64,000 nucleotides of DNA from an uncultured Bifidobacteriaceae bacterium. Its GTDB lineage: Bacteria; Bacteroidota; Bacteroidia; UKL13-3. The position numbers and the translations under genes were made by a program. Positions 8,477 through 17,079 of the stretch are shown one piece after another. The stretch spans positions 283,357 through 347,356 of the forward strand of contig CAZHTC010000003.1 in assembly GCA_964535575.1 (NCBI GenBank), written 5' to 3'. Numbering within the stretch: the first letter of the stretch is position 1; every line of letters starts with the position of its first letter. The notes beneath the pieces were generated by a model that worked only from the letters and a program-made list of their open reading frames with translations, ran no database searches and was not told where the DNA came from.

Positions 8477-11400
8477 TTAGTTTTTGCTAAACCGTATTAC
8501 GTATGTTTCGTTATCTTCTGCAATAAGTCTTATGATGTACATTCCCTGCTGAATTCCATTGAGCGAAATGGGTTGTTTCGTATCTCCTTTGCCCGATAGT
8601 ATTTCACGGCCGTTTAAATCGTAAAGCGTATAAGAGAAATTACCTTTTACGGAAATGAATAGCGCATCATGTGCCGGATTGGGGTAAGCATAAACAGCGG
8701 CATTGGGAATAGGTTGTATTCCGGTTCCGGCCTGCTTGGTTACCGTAACGGTGTATGTTTTGGATGTTCCGTCTTCTGCTTTTATATTATAGGTTACTGG
8801 ATTTGTATAATTATTGGCCGTAACCCCGCTTATCTGTTTGGTGCCGGAAATATATGCGGTAGACAGCGGAGAGTTACTGAACGATGGTACCAGATTGGTA
8901 ACATTGGTGCTCATGCTCACCATTGCGTTGATATTGGTTCCGGTAATAGTGGCGGTAACAGGTGGATTTAACGCAGGGAAGGTAAATGCAGTAATGTCTT
9001 TTCCTGCACTGCGCAGCGAGCGTGTGCCCTGTGCATACCAAATCCCCCATTGCGCATCAGGTATCAGAATGGTGGCACTGCCTGTTCCTTTAAGTTTGTT
9101 GGAGGTTAAACTTATCTGTCCTATTACATCGTTGTTGCTACCATCCACCGCATCAAAAATAATTTTATTATCAAGTTTTGAGTAGCCCGGAAATCCGAGT
9201 TTGGTATTGTTAAACACTACATCATCTTCGCCCGTAATAATGTTTTTTGCCATAATGGTGTACGAGTTGGCATACGAATCAATATAGTCAAACGTAATGA
9301 TGTAGGGCGAGTTTTTAGAGAACGAAGGATTTCCGATACTAATATCTTCGGGCAATTGGGTGTAAAGTTTTTGAACACTTCCATCACCCCACGAGTTGGT
9401 AGCATTATCCCACACTTTTATCATCCCGATATCCCAGTAAACAATATCGGCTCCCACGGGGTTATCAATTACATTTTTGGCATCGTAAATAATATATTGC
9501 CCGCTGTAATCCCACTCTATGGCATCGGCATACAGCACACCGCCTGCATCAACTCCCTGCGTGTATGTTGGGTTGTAAAGTACAAACTGTTTCCATTGCG
9601 AAAGAGTGTAATCATAAACATAAATAGAAGTATCAATGGAAGTAGTTACCGCTGCAATTCTTGATGCATCTTTGGCCACGGCTGCGTTATCCCAAATAGC
9701 CTGATTTGATATAACCGATTCATTGGGTGTGCCTGTAAGGTTAAGTGAATATATTTTGCTGTCGTCACCAACAAAAATGCAACTTGAACCATTGTCAACC
9801 ACACTTGGTTTACGTTTCATGTCATATTGTGATTTGGAAACATAATTAGTTCCGGTGGTACTTGACGAATACAGGGTAACAGGATCGGACGAAAGCAGGT
9901 CGTAACTGAGAATATAATCCTGACCTGGGTTGGTTGCTAAATCTACTGCCGAGTTTGTTCCTCCGCCACCAGTACTTCCTCCTCCGGGATCGTTGGCATA
10001 AATACCTACAGCACTAAAGGCGTTTTTGGCTTCAGTAACTTCTGCCGAGGATGCGCCATACAAATCAATTGCCGATTGTACCACCGCGATGCGCAAATCA
10101 ACAAACTGAGATGTTTTGGTTAAGTAAGCAGTGAGTGCCTTGTAATAAATCTGTTCAGCATGTTCTTTGGTTACGGCAGTAGCAAATTTGTAAAACGCCC
10201 AGTTAGGAATTCCGCTGTTTGTATGTACTCCACCGTTATCATTAGTTCCGGTATAATATTCACTCATCACACGGGGTTGATATCCGTTATCGCTTAAGCT
10301 TGTCCCGCCATTGTGCGGATCCTGCAAACTACGCAGCGCGCCAGTTGGGAAATACAATGTTTTGGTAACGTCTTCTCCCATCAGCCAGTCATTGCGGTCC
10401 ATCATACAGCCAAAAATATCGGCCATTGATTCATTGATGGCACCGCTTTGTCCTTCATATTCGAGGTTAGCGCTATTTTGAACCACCCCATGAGTCATTT
10501 CATGTCCGGCCACGTCTAAGGCTCCTGCCAATGGTTTAAAAGCTACTTTGCCATTCCCGTAACACATAAACTCTCCTGTCCAGTAGGCATTGTCCATGCC
10601 CTGCCCGTTCTCGTCAGAAACGTTTATGATTGAAGTGATTGTTCCTCCCTGTCCGTTGATGGAATTCCGGTTAAACGTTGTTCGGTAATAATCATAAGCA
10701 ATACCTGCATTGTAATGTGCCGAAATAGCTTTTGACGGCCATCCGCTATTGGTGCTATTACTCACCTGAATCACATTTGTTACCGGTGTATTTTGTGCAT
10801 CTAATGTCCAAATGGCTCCGGCCGGGTCGTCAGGAATAGAAGACTGTGCTGCATTATACATAGCGCGTGTGGCATCTATCAAATAATAGCTGGTAGATTT
10901 CTGGTAGGTATTAATGGTGCGTGATACATTATTCAAATCATTACCAGTGGCTGTTTTGGGCCCGTCAGCCGTGCAGGCCTGATTAAAACCATGTACTACA
11001 ACTCCGGTTTGTGCATTTACAAAAATGTTCCAGCTCTCCAGTAAATTTGGTTTCATTTTTATTACCCACACCAATGTCTCTTTTGATAAGTCGTTGTTTA
11101 AATGATAAATCATTAACGAAGCCTTAGGTCCGGTATACTGACTTATTTTTTGCTGAAATGCACTTAGTACGGAAATCCTTGTTTTAGTTCCAAGATAAGA
11201 AGCAGCCTGTTTAATGGCTGTTTCGGCATCAATCTGTGCAGCAAGGTTGCTCAGGTCGGGAGTGGGAAAGTATCTCCCGTTTAAAAAATGGATAGAGCCA
11301 TTGGTAGCATGTAAAATAATTTCAGCTCCGTAAACAGGTATTCCCTGAAAGGATTGTTCAAGACGAATGTGCGTTTTGGCCAGTTCATCTGTATTCATTT

Positions 11401-11785
11401 CAGTAACTTTAAACTCTTGTTCCGGAGTTTTAATATGCATTTCGTTTTTTACACTTTGCAAAAACTGTTTCGATAAATCAGACGCTTCAAATACCGAGTA
11501 ATTTTTAAATTTTGGAGCGTTGTCCTGATTGCTTTTCTCAATAAAAAGCGGAAGACTTACTTCGGCTTTTGCTGCTTTGGCTGAAGCTTGCTTTGTGAGC
11601 ACACCCGGAACAGGAGAGGTGTTTTTGTATCCTCGTATTACGTCAGCATGTAATGCACTTTTATCGGGCTGAGTGGTGGTTTTGTGAGAGCGGGCATCAA
11701 ATGGATTTGTTTGTGCCCATGCAGTGGTGAATGCTCCGGTAATTAGAATAGTAATTGCTTTAACGGAGGTGTAAAATTTATTCAT
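8477..11785 (-). CDS. Secreted M4 (thermolysin-family) zinc metalloprotease with FTP/PepSY propeptide, long C-terminal extension and T9SS C-terminal sorting domain
   Basis: HEMTHGV...QSGAINESMADIFG matches thermolysin's HExxH...ESGAINEAISDIFG. N-terminal propeptide-like region. C-terminal YAYPNPAHDALFISV...GMYIIRLIAEDNETYVIRFSKN is a Por/T9SS CTD. The start is moved to ATG 11785 (MNKFYTSVKAITILITGAFTTAWAQ signal peptide) instead of 11845. Confidence 0.85.
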   Translation of the reverse strand: MNKFYTSVKAITILITGAFTTAWAQTNPFDARSHKTTTQPDKSALHADVIRGYKNTSPVPGVLTKQASAKAAKAEVSLPLFIEKSNQDNAPKFKNYSVFEASDLSKQFLQSVKNEMHIKTPEQEFKVTEMNTDELAKTHIRLEQSFQGIPVYGAEIILHATNGSIHFLNGRYFPTPDLSNLAAQIDAETAIKQAASYLGTKTRISVLSAFQQKISQYTGPKASLMIYHLNNDLSKETLVWVIKMKPNLLESWNIFVNAQTGVVVHGFNQACTADGPKTATGNDLNNVSRTINTYQKSTSYYLIDATRAMYNAAQSSIPDDPAGAIWTLDAQNTPVTNVIQVSNSTNSGWPSKAISAHYNAGIAYDYYRTTFNRNSINGQGGTITSIINVSDENGQGMDNAYWTGEFMCYGNGKVAFKPLAGALDVAGHEMTHGVVQNSANLEYEGQSGAINESMADIFGCMMDRNDWLMGEDVTKTLYFPTGALRSLQDPHNGGTSLSDNGYQPRVMSEYYTGTNDNGGVHTNSGIPNWAFYKFATAVTKEHAEQIYYKALTAYLTKTSQFVDLRIAVVQSAIDLYGASSAEVTEAKNAFSAVGIYANDPGGGSTGGGGTNSAVDLATNPGQDYILSYDLLSSDPVTLYSSSTTGTNYVSKSQYDMKRKPSVVDNGSSCIFVGDDSKIYSLNLTGTPNESVISNQAIWDNAAVAKDASRIAAVTTSIDTSIYVYDYTLSQWKQFVLYNPTYTQGVDAGGVLYADAIEWDYSGQYIIYDAKNVIDNPVGADIVYWDIGMIKVWDNATNSWGDGSVQKLYTQLPEDISIGNPSFSKNSPYIITFDYIDSYANSYTIMAKNIITGEDDVVFNNTKLGFPGYSKLDNKIIFDAVDGSNNDVIGQISLTSNKLKGTGSATILIPDAQWGIWYAQGTRSLRSAGKDITAFTFPALNPPVTATITGTNINAMVSMSTNVTNLVPSFSNSPLSTAYISGTKQISGVTANNYTNPVTYNIKAEDGTSKTYTVTVTKQAGTGIQPIPNAAVYAYPNPAHDALFISVKGNFSYTLYDLNGREILSGKGDTKQPISLNGIQQGMYIIRLIAEDNETYVIRFSKN

Positions 11786-12209
11786 GATTTGAAACTTTTG
11801 ATTGCAATAACTGATAGAAAGATTTGATTTCAACTGGAACATCACTTTGTTCGATTGACCATTTTACTTCGTGCGAGGTATTATTATTTACTTCACGGAT
11901 ATAGTAGGTCATATTTCCAGTTTTGTTTAGGTTGTAACGGCTCAGGTTTAACTGAGCAAGTTTTTTATAAATGGTTTTTGCTTCTTTTTTGGGAATGGAT
12001 TTTAATTCTTTTTTCTCTTTGGTGAGCGAATTAAAATAAAACAACTGCCCGTTATCAAGCAACAGGTATTCATTCCAAGCCGCAGCAAAGCCACCGCCCG
12101 AGCCAAAGTATAATTGATGGGAAGGGAGTTTATCAACGGAGTATTGTTGTGGAGTTTTACAACTTAACAGGGTTACCACAATTGAAAATATGGTTATTGC
12201 TTTTTTCAT
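11778..12209 (-). CDS. Hypothetical lipoprotein
   Basis: The start is moved to 12209 (MKKAITIFSIVVTLLSCKTPQQ, a lipobox-like LLSC). The stop overlaps the protease start by 8 nt, which suggests an operon. Confidence 0.5.
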   Translation of the reverse strand: MKKAITIFSIVVTLLSCKTPQQYSVDKLPSHQLYFGSGGGFAAAWNEYLLLDNGQLFYFNSLTKEKKELKSIPKKEAKTIYKKLAQLNLSRYNLNKTGNMTYYIREVNNNTSHEVKWSIEQSDVPVEIKSFYQLLQSKVSNHE

Positions 12210-12237
12210 TAAAGACAAAGGTAATAATTGAAACGGA

Positions 12238-12630
12238 TTATGGTGCTGTGGTTGTAGTTTCTTTTGGCACAACTTCTACACGCACTTTAGCAAGTCCTGA
12301 TTGTATCATGCCCAGTTTGCGGGCTGCAGCAACCGATACATCAATAATTCTTTTTTTGCTGGCCGGCCCACGGTCGTTAATGCGCACCACTACACTTTTC
12401 TGATTTTGCAAATTGGTTACTTTTACTCTTGTTCCAAACGGGTAGGTGCGGTGAGCAGCAGTAAGACTATCGCGGTGCATACGTTCACCACTGGCAGTTC
12501 GGCTATTATGAAATTTTTTAGTTCCGTAGTAGCTGGCTATGCCGGTTTGTACAAGTGGATATTTATTTCCGGGTCCGGGTTGTATATCCGGAATAAAGGG
12601 CAGCAGAAGAAAAATAAGAATGTATTTCAT
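12238..12630 (-). CDS. rlpA: Septal ring lytic transglycosylase RlpA-family (DPBB domain) lipoprotein
   Basis: GIASYYGTKKFHNSRTASGERMHRDSLTAAHRTYPFGTRVKVTNLQN...VVVRINDRGP is the RlpA double-psi beta-barrel signature. The start is moved to 12630 (MKYILIFLLLPF signal). Confidence 0.8.
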   Translation of the reverse strand: MKYILIFLLLPFIPDIQPGPGNKYPLVQTGIASYYGTKKFHNSRTASGERMHRDSLTAAHRTYPFGTRVKVTNLQNQKSVVVRINDRGPASKKRIIDVSVAAARKLGMIQSGLAKVRVEVVPKETTTTAP

Positions 12631-12737
12631 TCGGATAACAATCAGAAAAATATCCGTTAGTAATACCAAAGTACAAATTTGCCCCGGTACACCAAAAAAA
12701 ATCAGCAGAATGTTGAAAACTTACCTGCTTTACCGAT

Positions 12738-13928
12738 TCATTCTACTTGTAGCAATAGTCCCTTAAGGTATTCACCTTCGGGATGAAAGATATTTACCGG
12801 ATGATCGGAAGGTTGGGTAAGCTGATGCAGGATACGCACATTTCTTCGGGCATCGGCAGCAGCCGAAAAAACAATTTTTCGGAATAAATCCCTGTCAATA
12901 TTTTGCGAACAGGAGAACGTAAAAATCAATCCTCCTGATTTTATTTTTTTAATGGCTGCCATATTAAGTTCTTTATATCCTCGGGCTGCATTCTCAACGG
13001 CTCTGGCGTTTTTGGCAAAGGCTGGCGGATCAAGAATCATGATGTCATAATCAGTATCTGCGGTTTTTATAAAATCAAAGCAGTCAGCCGCAAAAGACTG
13101 GTGGTTTGCAGCTGGAAAATTGAGAAGAACATTTTCATCACAAAGCTGGCAGGCTTCTTTTGAGATGTCCACCGAATGTACCATTGAGGATCCTCCTGCT
13201 AATGCGTACACACTGAATCCACCTGTGTAGCTGAATGTGTTGAGTATTTTTTTACCGTTACAAAATTGCTGAAGCAGTTTTCTGTTTTCGCGCTGGTCAA
13301 TAAAAAAACCCGTTTTCTGTCCTTTTTCCACGTCCACAAAAAATTGTAATCCGTGTTCTTTTACAATTGTTTTTACATCTTCCGGACGATTTATCCAGTC
13401 ATTGGCGGCCGAAACCTGTTCTATTACCTTCGAACTTTTTTTTGTTTTAAGGTAAATATGTTTCACTCCGGCAATATCTTTAACGGAATTGAGTAATGTA
13501 TCCCGAATAACTTCAGTTCCTTTTATAAGAATTTGTACAGACGCAATAGAATGGTATACATCACATATGATACCCGGTAAAAAATCTCCTTCTGCATGAA
13601 GCAACCGGTAGGTGTTGGTTTCGCTATTCAACACATATTTTTTACGAAGTTCAAAGGCGCGTTGTATTTTATTGTGCCAGTAAAAAGCATCAGCCACAAA
13701 TGTGGCATCGGTATTGAATTCAAACATCCGGCACACAATCTGGCTGGCTGAAGAATAAAACCCATAGGCAAGCACATCGCCATGGTTGCTGCATACCTGA
13801 ACGATATCGCCTTCCTCTGCCTTGGGTAATTGTTTAACCGCTCCCGAAAATAACCAGGGATGGCGATTGTAAATTGACCGTTCGCGACCGGACTTAAGAA
13901 TTAATTGTTGATACATATCTGTCTGCAA
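12738..13928 (-). CDS. rlmI: Class I SAM-dependent 23S rRNA m5C methyltransferase (RlmI/RlmK-like, PUA + MTase)
   Basis: The N-terminal ILKSGRERSIYNRHPWLFSGAV matches RlmI. The MTase core has NTFSYTGGFSVYA and ILDPPAFAK. Confidence 0.8.
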   Translation of the reverse strand: MQTDMYQQLILKSGRERSIYNRHPWLFSGAVKQLPKAEEGDIVQVCSNHGDVLAYGFYSSASQIVCRMFEFNTDATFVADAFYWHNKIQRAFELRKKYVLNSETNTYRLLHAEGDFLPGIICDVYHSIASVQILIKGTEVIRDTLLNSVKDIAGVKHIYLKTKKSSKVIEQVSAANDWINRPEDVKTIVKEHGLQFFVDVEKGQKTGFFIDQRENRKLLQQFCNGKKILNTFSYTGGFSVYALAGGSSMVHSVDISKEACQLCDENVLLNFPAANHQSFAADCFDFIKTADTDYDIMILDPPAFAKNARAVENAARGYKELNMAAIKKIKSGGLIFTFSCSQNIDRDLFRKIVFSAAADARRNVRILHQLTQPSDHPVNIFHPEGEYLKGLLLQVE

Positions 13929-13931
13929 AAA

Positions 13932-13965
13932 TAAAAGCTCCCGTTTACTTTACGGGAGCTTTTAT
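13932..13965 (-). terminator. Rho-independent terminator for the DUF4476 gene
   Basis: AAAAGCTCCCGT-ttacttt-ACGGGAGCTTTT: perfect 12-bp palindrome with a T-run on the minus strand. Confidence 0.75.
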
Positions 13966-13985
13966 AGTTTTATGAAAGAAAATAC

Positions 13986-15023
13986 TTATTTGCCTTCGAT
14001 AAATTCATTTAAATCGTCTACCGAACTCGAAAATCCGAAAGCATCATTGATTAAATAATAATTGTTTTTCTCTACACATTTATCATAAGCTAATTTAGCA
14101 AAGTCAAGTTTGGTTGTTTCAAACGAAAACAATTTCATGATGGTTTTTATCTGGGCACAGTTTAAATAGTTGCCTTTTAAAACCTGTTTTGCAACGGTCA
14201 TTTTATTTTCTTCAAATGATTGTGCCTTGATTGATGCTACTGCTTTATCAAAATCCATTGAGTACATGGCACGAATAGGAGTACTGGTTTTGGTCGGTGC
14301 CGGTGCAGGGGTGCTGGTATTACCACCTGTGGTTTTGGTAGTGGTGGTTTTTGTGGTAGTGGTTGTGGTGGAGGTAGCGGAGTTGGTATTTGTATTTACG
14401 TTCACTCCTGTACCGTTTACATTCATGTTCATATTGCCGGCATTGGGGTCAATATTCATGTTGAGTGAAAATCCGGCATTAGGAGCTGTGGCAGTTTGGC
14501 CTCCCGTTGTTGTGGTAGTAGTGGTGGTTGTATTAACCGTAACCGAAGCTACCGGATGCACAATTTGTTCGGTATTTAGCGGTTCTCCCTGTCCATATAC
14601 AATTACCTCCTGATCTTTAGTAGGCGCTGCCATGCCACCATTTTCTGTTGCTGAGAACGGACGAAGTACATATCTTTCGTACACTTTTGGGTCGGGGGCG
14701 TTTGGACCTTTGGTTTTTTTGAAAGCAGCCGGAGTATTTTTTTTGCGAATAATGTAAACATAATCAACACCTGGATCCATTCCCATGTTGTGGGTTATTT
14801 CGCCAAGCGAATCAATTTGGAAAACTATTTTTACCCGGTAAAAATTAGGAGATAACCCCTGAACTTTTACATTGTTTTCCGGTACGGCATTTTGTACAAC
14901 ACCGTTTACCAACACCCAGAATTTTTCCCCTTTATCTGAGAAAAAGGTAAGTGTTCCGTTTTGAGCAAATGCTGTGGTTGAAAGTACCAAAGCAAATAAA
15001 AGAGCGAAGTAAATTTTTTTCAT
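13986..15023 (-). CDS. DUF4476-domain secreted protein with Thr/Asn-rich low-complexity linker
   Basis: Signal peptide MKKIYFALLFALVLSTTAFAQ. The C-terminal 100 aa (DFDKAVASIKAQSFEENKMTVAKQVL...FGFSSSVDDLNEF) resembles DUF4476. The central part is poly-T/N/G low complexity. Confidence 0.6.
   Translation of the reverse strand: MKKIYFALLFALVLSTTAFAQNGTLTFFSDKGEKFWVLVNGVVQNAVPENNVKVQGLSPNFYRVKIVFQIDSLGEITHNMGMDPGVDYVYIIRKKNTPAAFKKTKGPNAPDPKVYERYVLRPFSATENGGMAAPTKDQEVIVYGQGEPLNTEQIVHPVASVTVNTTTTTTTTTGGQTATAPNAGFSLNMNIDPNAGNMNMNVNGTGVNVNTNTNSATSTTTTTTKTTTTKTTGGNTSTPAPAPTKTSTPIRAMYSMDFDKAVASIKAQSFEENKMTVAKQVLKGNYLNCAQIKTIMKLFSFETTKLDFAKLAYDKCVEKNNYYLINDAFGFSSSVDDLNEFIEGK
14275..14530. repeat. Low-complexity (ACC/ACN)n-type simple-sequence tract encoding the poly-Thr/Asn linker
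   Basis: Runs of ACC/ACA/ACT codons (protein TTTTTTTTGG...TTTTTTKTTTTKTT). It also produces a spurious poly-Val antisense ORF at 14170-14613. Confidence 0.7.
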
Positions 15024-15037
15024 TTTGGTTTTGATAT

Positions 15038-15073
15038 TTAAAAAAGAAGCCTCCCTTTTTCAAAGGAGGCTTC
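15038..15073 (-). terminator. Rho-independent terminator for the lipoprotein gene 15088-15702
   Basis: GAAGCCTCC-ctttttcaaa-GGAGGCTTC with an A-run upstream on + (a T-run on the minus transcript). Confidence 0.7.
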
Positions 15074-15087
15074 CGGCTGTTTCTATA

Positions 15088-15702
15088 TTATTGACCGTTT
15101 GATAATTTTTCCATTTCCTGATTGAAGATTTGCTCAAACTTCATTTTGTCGTAATCCAGTTGAAGTTTTGCATCTGAAGAAATTTTATTATTCAGTGCGG
15201 TAAGTACAGTTGATTTATTTGCTTCGTACACTACCCAAACAGTGAAAGCACCATCAGTTTCTTTGAATACTTTCTGTGCCATGGGGTTCAGGTCATGCAA
15301 GGTTAGGTTAACCACTTCTCTTGAAAGCTCCTCAAACTTGTTTTCAAACTCTTGCTTGTTGCCAATAGAACGTTGATTGGTGTATTGATCCGTTACCCGC
15401 TTAATAGTAGCCTGAATGTTTCCGGCTAATGCTGCTTTGGTATTTTGCTCGGCAATTTTTTGCGCAGTAGCTAAATCAGGGCTTTTACCTGACTGGCGAG
15501 CTCTGAAAAAATCTTTGTCAGATTTATATTCTTTACTCTCAAAAGGAAGAGCCACTTCTACAGAATTGTTTAATGCTTTAATTTCTGTAGGTGCTTCTTT
15601 TTTCGGTTTCTTCTTGCATGAAGTAAGTGAAGAAGTAGCCGCAAATGCAACAAATAGAATGGCCAGTAGTTTAGCTCCGTTGTTAATGTAAATGGTTTTC
15701 AT
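15088..15702 (-). CDS. Hypothetical lipoprotein
   Basis: The start is moved to 15702 (MKTIYINNGAKLLAILFVAFAATSSLTSCKKK, lipobox LTSC). Lys/Glu-rich. No recognisable domain. Confidence 0.5.
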   Translation of the reverse strand: MKTIYINNGAKLLAILFVAFAATSSLTSCKKKPKKEAPTEIKALNNSVEVALPFESKEYKSDKDFFRARQSGKSPDLATAQKIAEQNTKAALAGNIQATIKRVTDQYTNQRSIGNKQEFENKFEELSREVVNLTLHDLNPMAQKVFKETDGAFTVWVVYEANKSTVLTALNNKISSDAKLQLDYDKMKFEQIFNQEMEKLSNGQ

Positions 15703-15829
15703 AAAACTATTTTTTTTAAGTGTCTTTACCTGCTTTGTCAAATTACTTGCCAAAAGAAAGAAATTGTTCGCAGACCCCCTACTAAGCTATTTTCAATGTG
15801 CTGATAAAGTGACTGATAATTTTTTACGG

Positions 15830-17026
15830 TTACAGGAAAGGGAAGGGAGGGAAGGTTTTTGGAGGATGCTGAAAGGGATTGTATTCATAGTTAGCCACCA
15901 CGCAACTGTAACACTGACCCATTAAATCAAACAGAAACCGTTGCGCATTGCCTCTGTTTATTCCAACAAAGAAAGAGGCATCGTGCAAGGGCAAATAAAA
16001 GCAGGCGCTATTATATCCGTGTAATGAACCTATGTGGCCATAAGCAATAAAGCCTTTTCCGAAATTGTATTTCATCAGACCTAAACCATATTCATATCCG
16101 TATTCATCTAAACTTTCTGTTGTGGTTTGCATCATGGCAAGCAACGTTTCTCGTTTTTTGAAAAAATAACCCTGCATTAACGTTTTGATAAATAAGTTCA
16201 TTTCGTCTGCCTGTGATACCACTCCTCCGGTTGCCCAGGTCCAGCTTAGGTTATTATGGCTAATATCAATCCCATTATTATAGCCGCCTGCCAGCGGTGT
16301 TGAAGGTTGTTCATAGGTCCAAACCGATGAGTTAAACATATGCAAAGGCGTAAAAATCCGGTCTCTTAATACTATATGAAAAGGTTGTCCGGTTATTTTT
16401 TGAATAATCAAACCCAGCAAAATATAGTTTGTACTGCTGTAATGGTATTTACCGGCTGTGCCCGGAATAAAATAAGGTTGTCCGGCACATACGTTATAAA
16501 TGAGCAGGTCTTCGGGGGTATAGTTTTTATCAGGAAAGTACACGGTTGAGTTTATAAAATTGGCATCTACAAAATCATAAATACCGCTGGTATGTTTTAA
16601 TAATTGACGAACGGTAATAAAGTTGCCGTAGGATATACCGTTCAACACGCAAATATTATCTGTAATTTCACGTGAAAGGAATTTATTTATCGGGTCATTC
16701 AGTTTTATTTTACCTTCCTCATGTAACTGAAGGATAATCGTGGCAGTCATCACCTTGGTATTGCTGGCAACTCCCATTTTGTGAACTACGCTCATGGGTT
16801 CTTTTAACTCCATATTGGCATAACCGGAGGCTGCCTGAACAAGGCTGTTGTCTCTTAGCCGCCATGACGAAACAATACCCGGAACTTCAGGATTGTTTTG
16901 CAAAAAAGTATCGAGCTGTGCCTGTAGTGTTTTTTGTTGAATAAACTGATCGCTGTCATTGTCAGACTTTATTTGGCAGGCGGTGAAAAATAACATCGCC
17001 ATTAGAGTAAATGCTAAACCTTTCAT
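15830..17026 (-). CDS. Serine hydrolase of the beta-lactamase/transpeptidase-like family (class C-like esterase/PBP)
   Basis: SxxK motif (GVASNTKVMTATI). The size of about 400 aa and a lipoprotein-type signal peptide (MKGLAFTLMAMLFFTACQ) also fit. Confidence 0.65.
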   Translation of the reverse strand: MKGLAFTLMAMLFFTACQIKSDNDSDQFIQQKTLQAQLDTFLQNNPEVPGIVSSWRLRDNSLVQAASGYANMELKEPMSVVHKMGVASNTKVMTATIILQLHEEGKIKLNDPINKFLSREITDNICVLNGISYGNFITVRQLLKHTSGIYDFVDANFINSTVYFPDKNYTPEDLLIYNVCAGQPYFIPGTAGKYHYSSTNYILLGLIIQKITGQPFHIVLRDRIFTPLHMFNSSVWTYEQPSTPLAGGYNNGIDISHNNLSWTWATGGVVSQADEMNLFIKTLMQGYFFKKRETLLAMMQTTTESLDEYGYEYGLGLMKYNFGKGFIAYGHIGSLHGYNSACFYLPLHDASFFVGINRGNAQRFLFDLMGQCYSCVVANYEYNPFQHPPKTFPPFPFL

Positions 17027-17079
17027 AACCCAATTTTACAGTAAGACCGTTGGGTTAGGTAAAACGCTGCATTCAGGAA

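Noticed and set aside
12301-12660. 119-aa + ORF antisense to rlpA
   Set aside because: It overlaps a well-supported RlpA DPBB-domain gene. Low-complexity translation.
14170-14613. 147-aa + strand ORF with a poly-Val tract
   Set aside because: It is the antisense reading of the (ACN)n Thr/Asn simple-sequence tract inside the DUF4476 gene. Pure low complexity.
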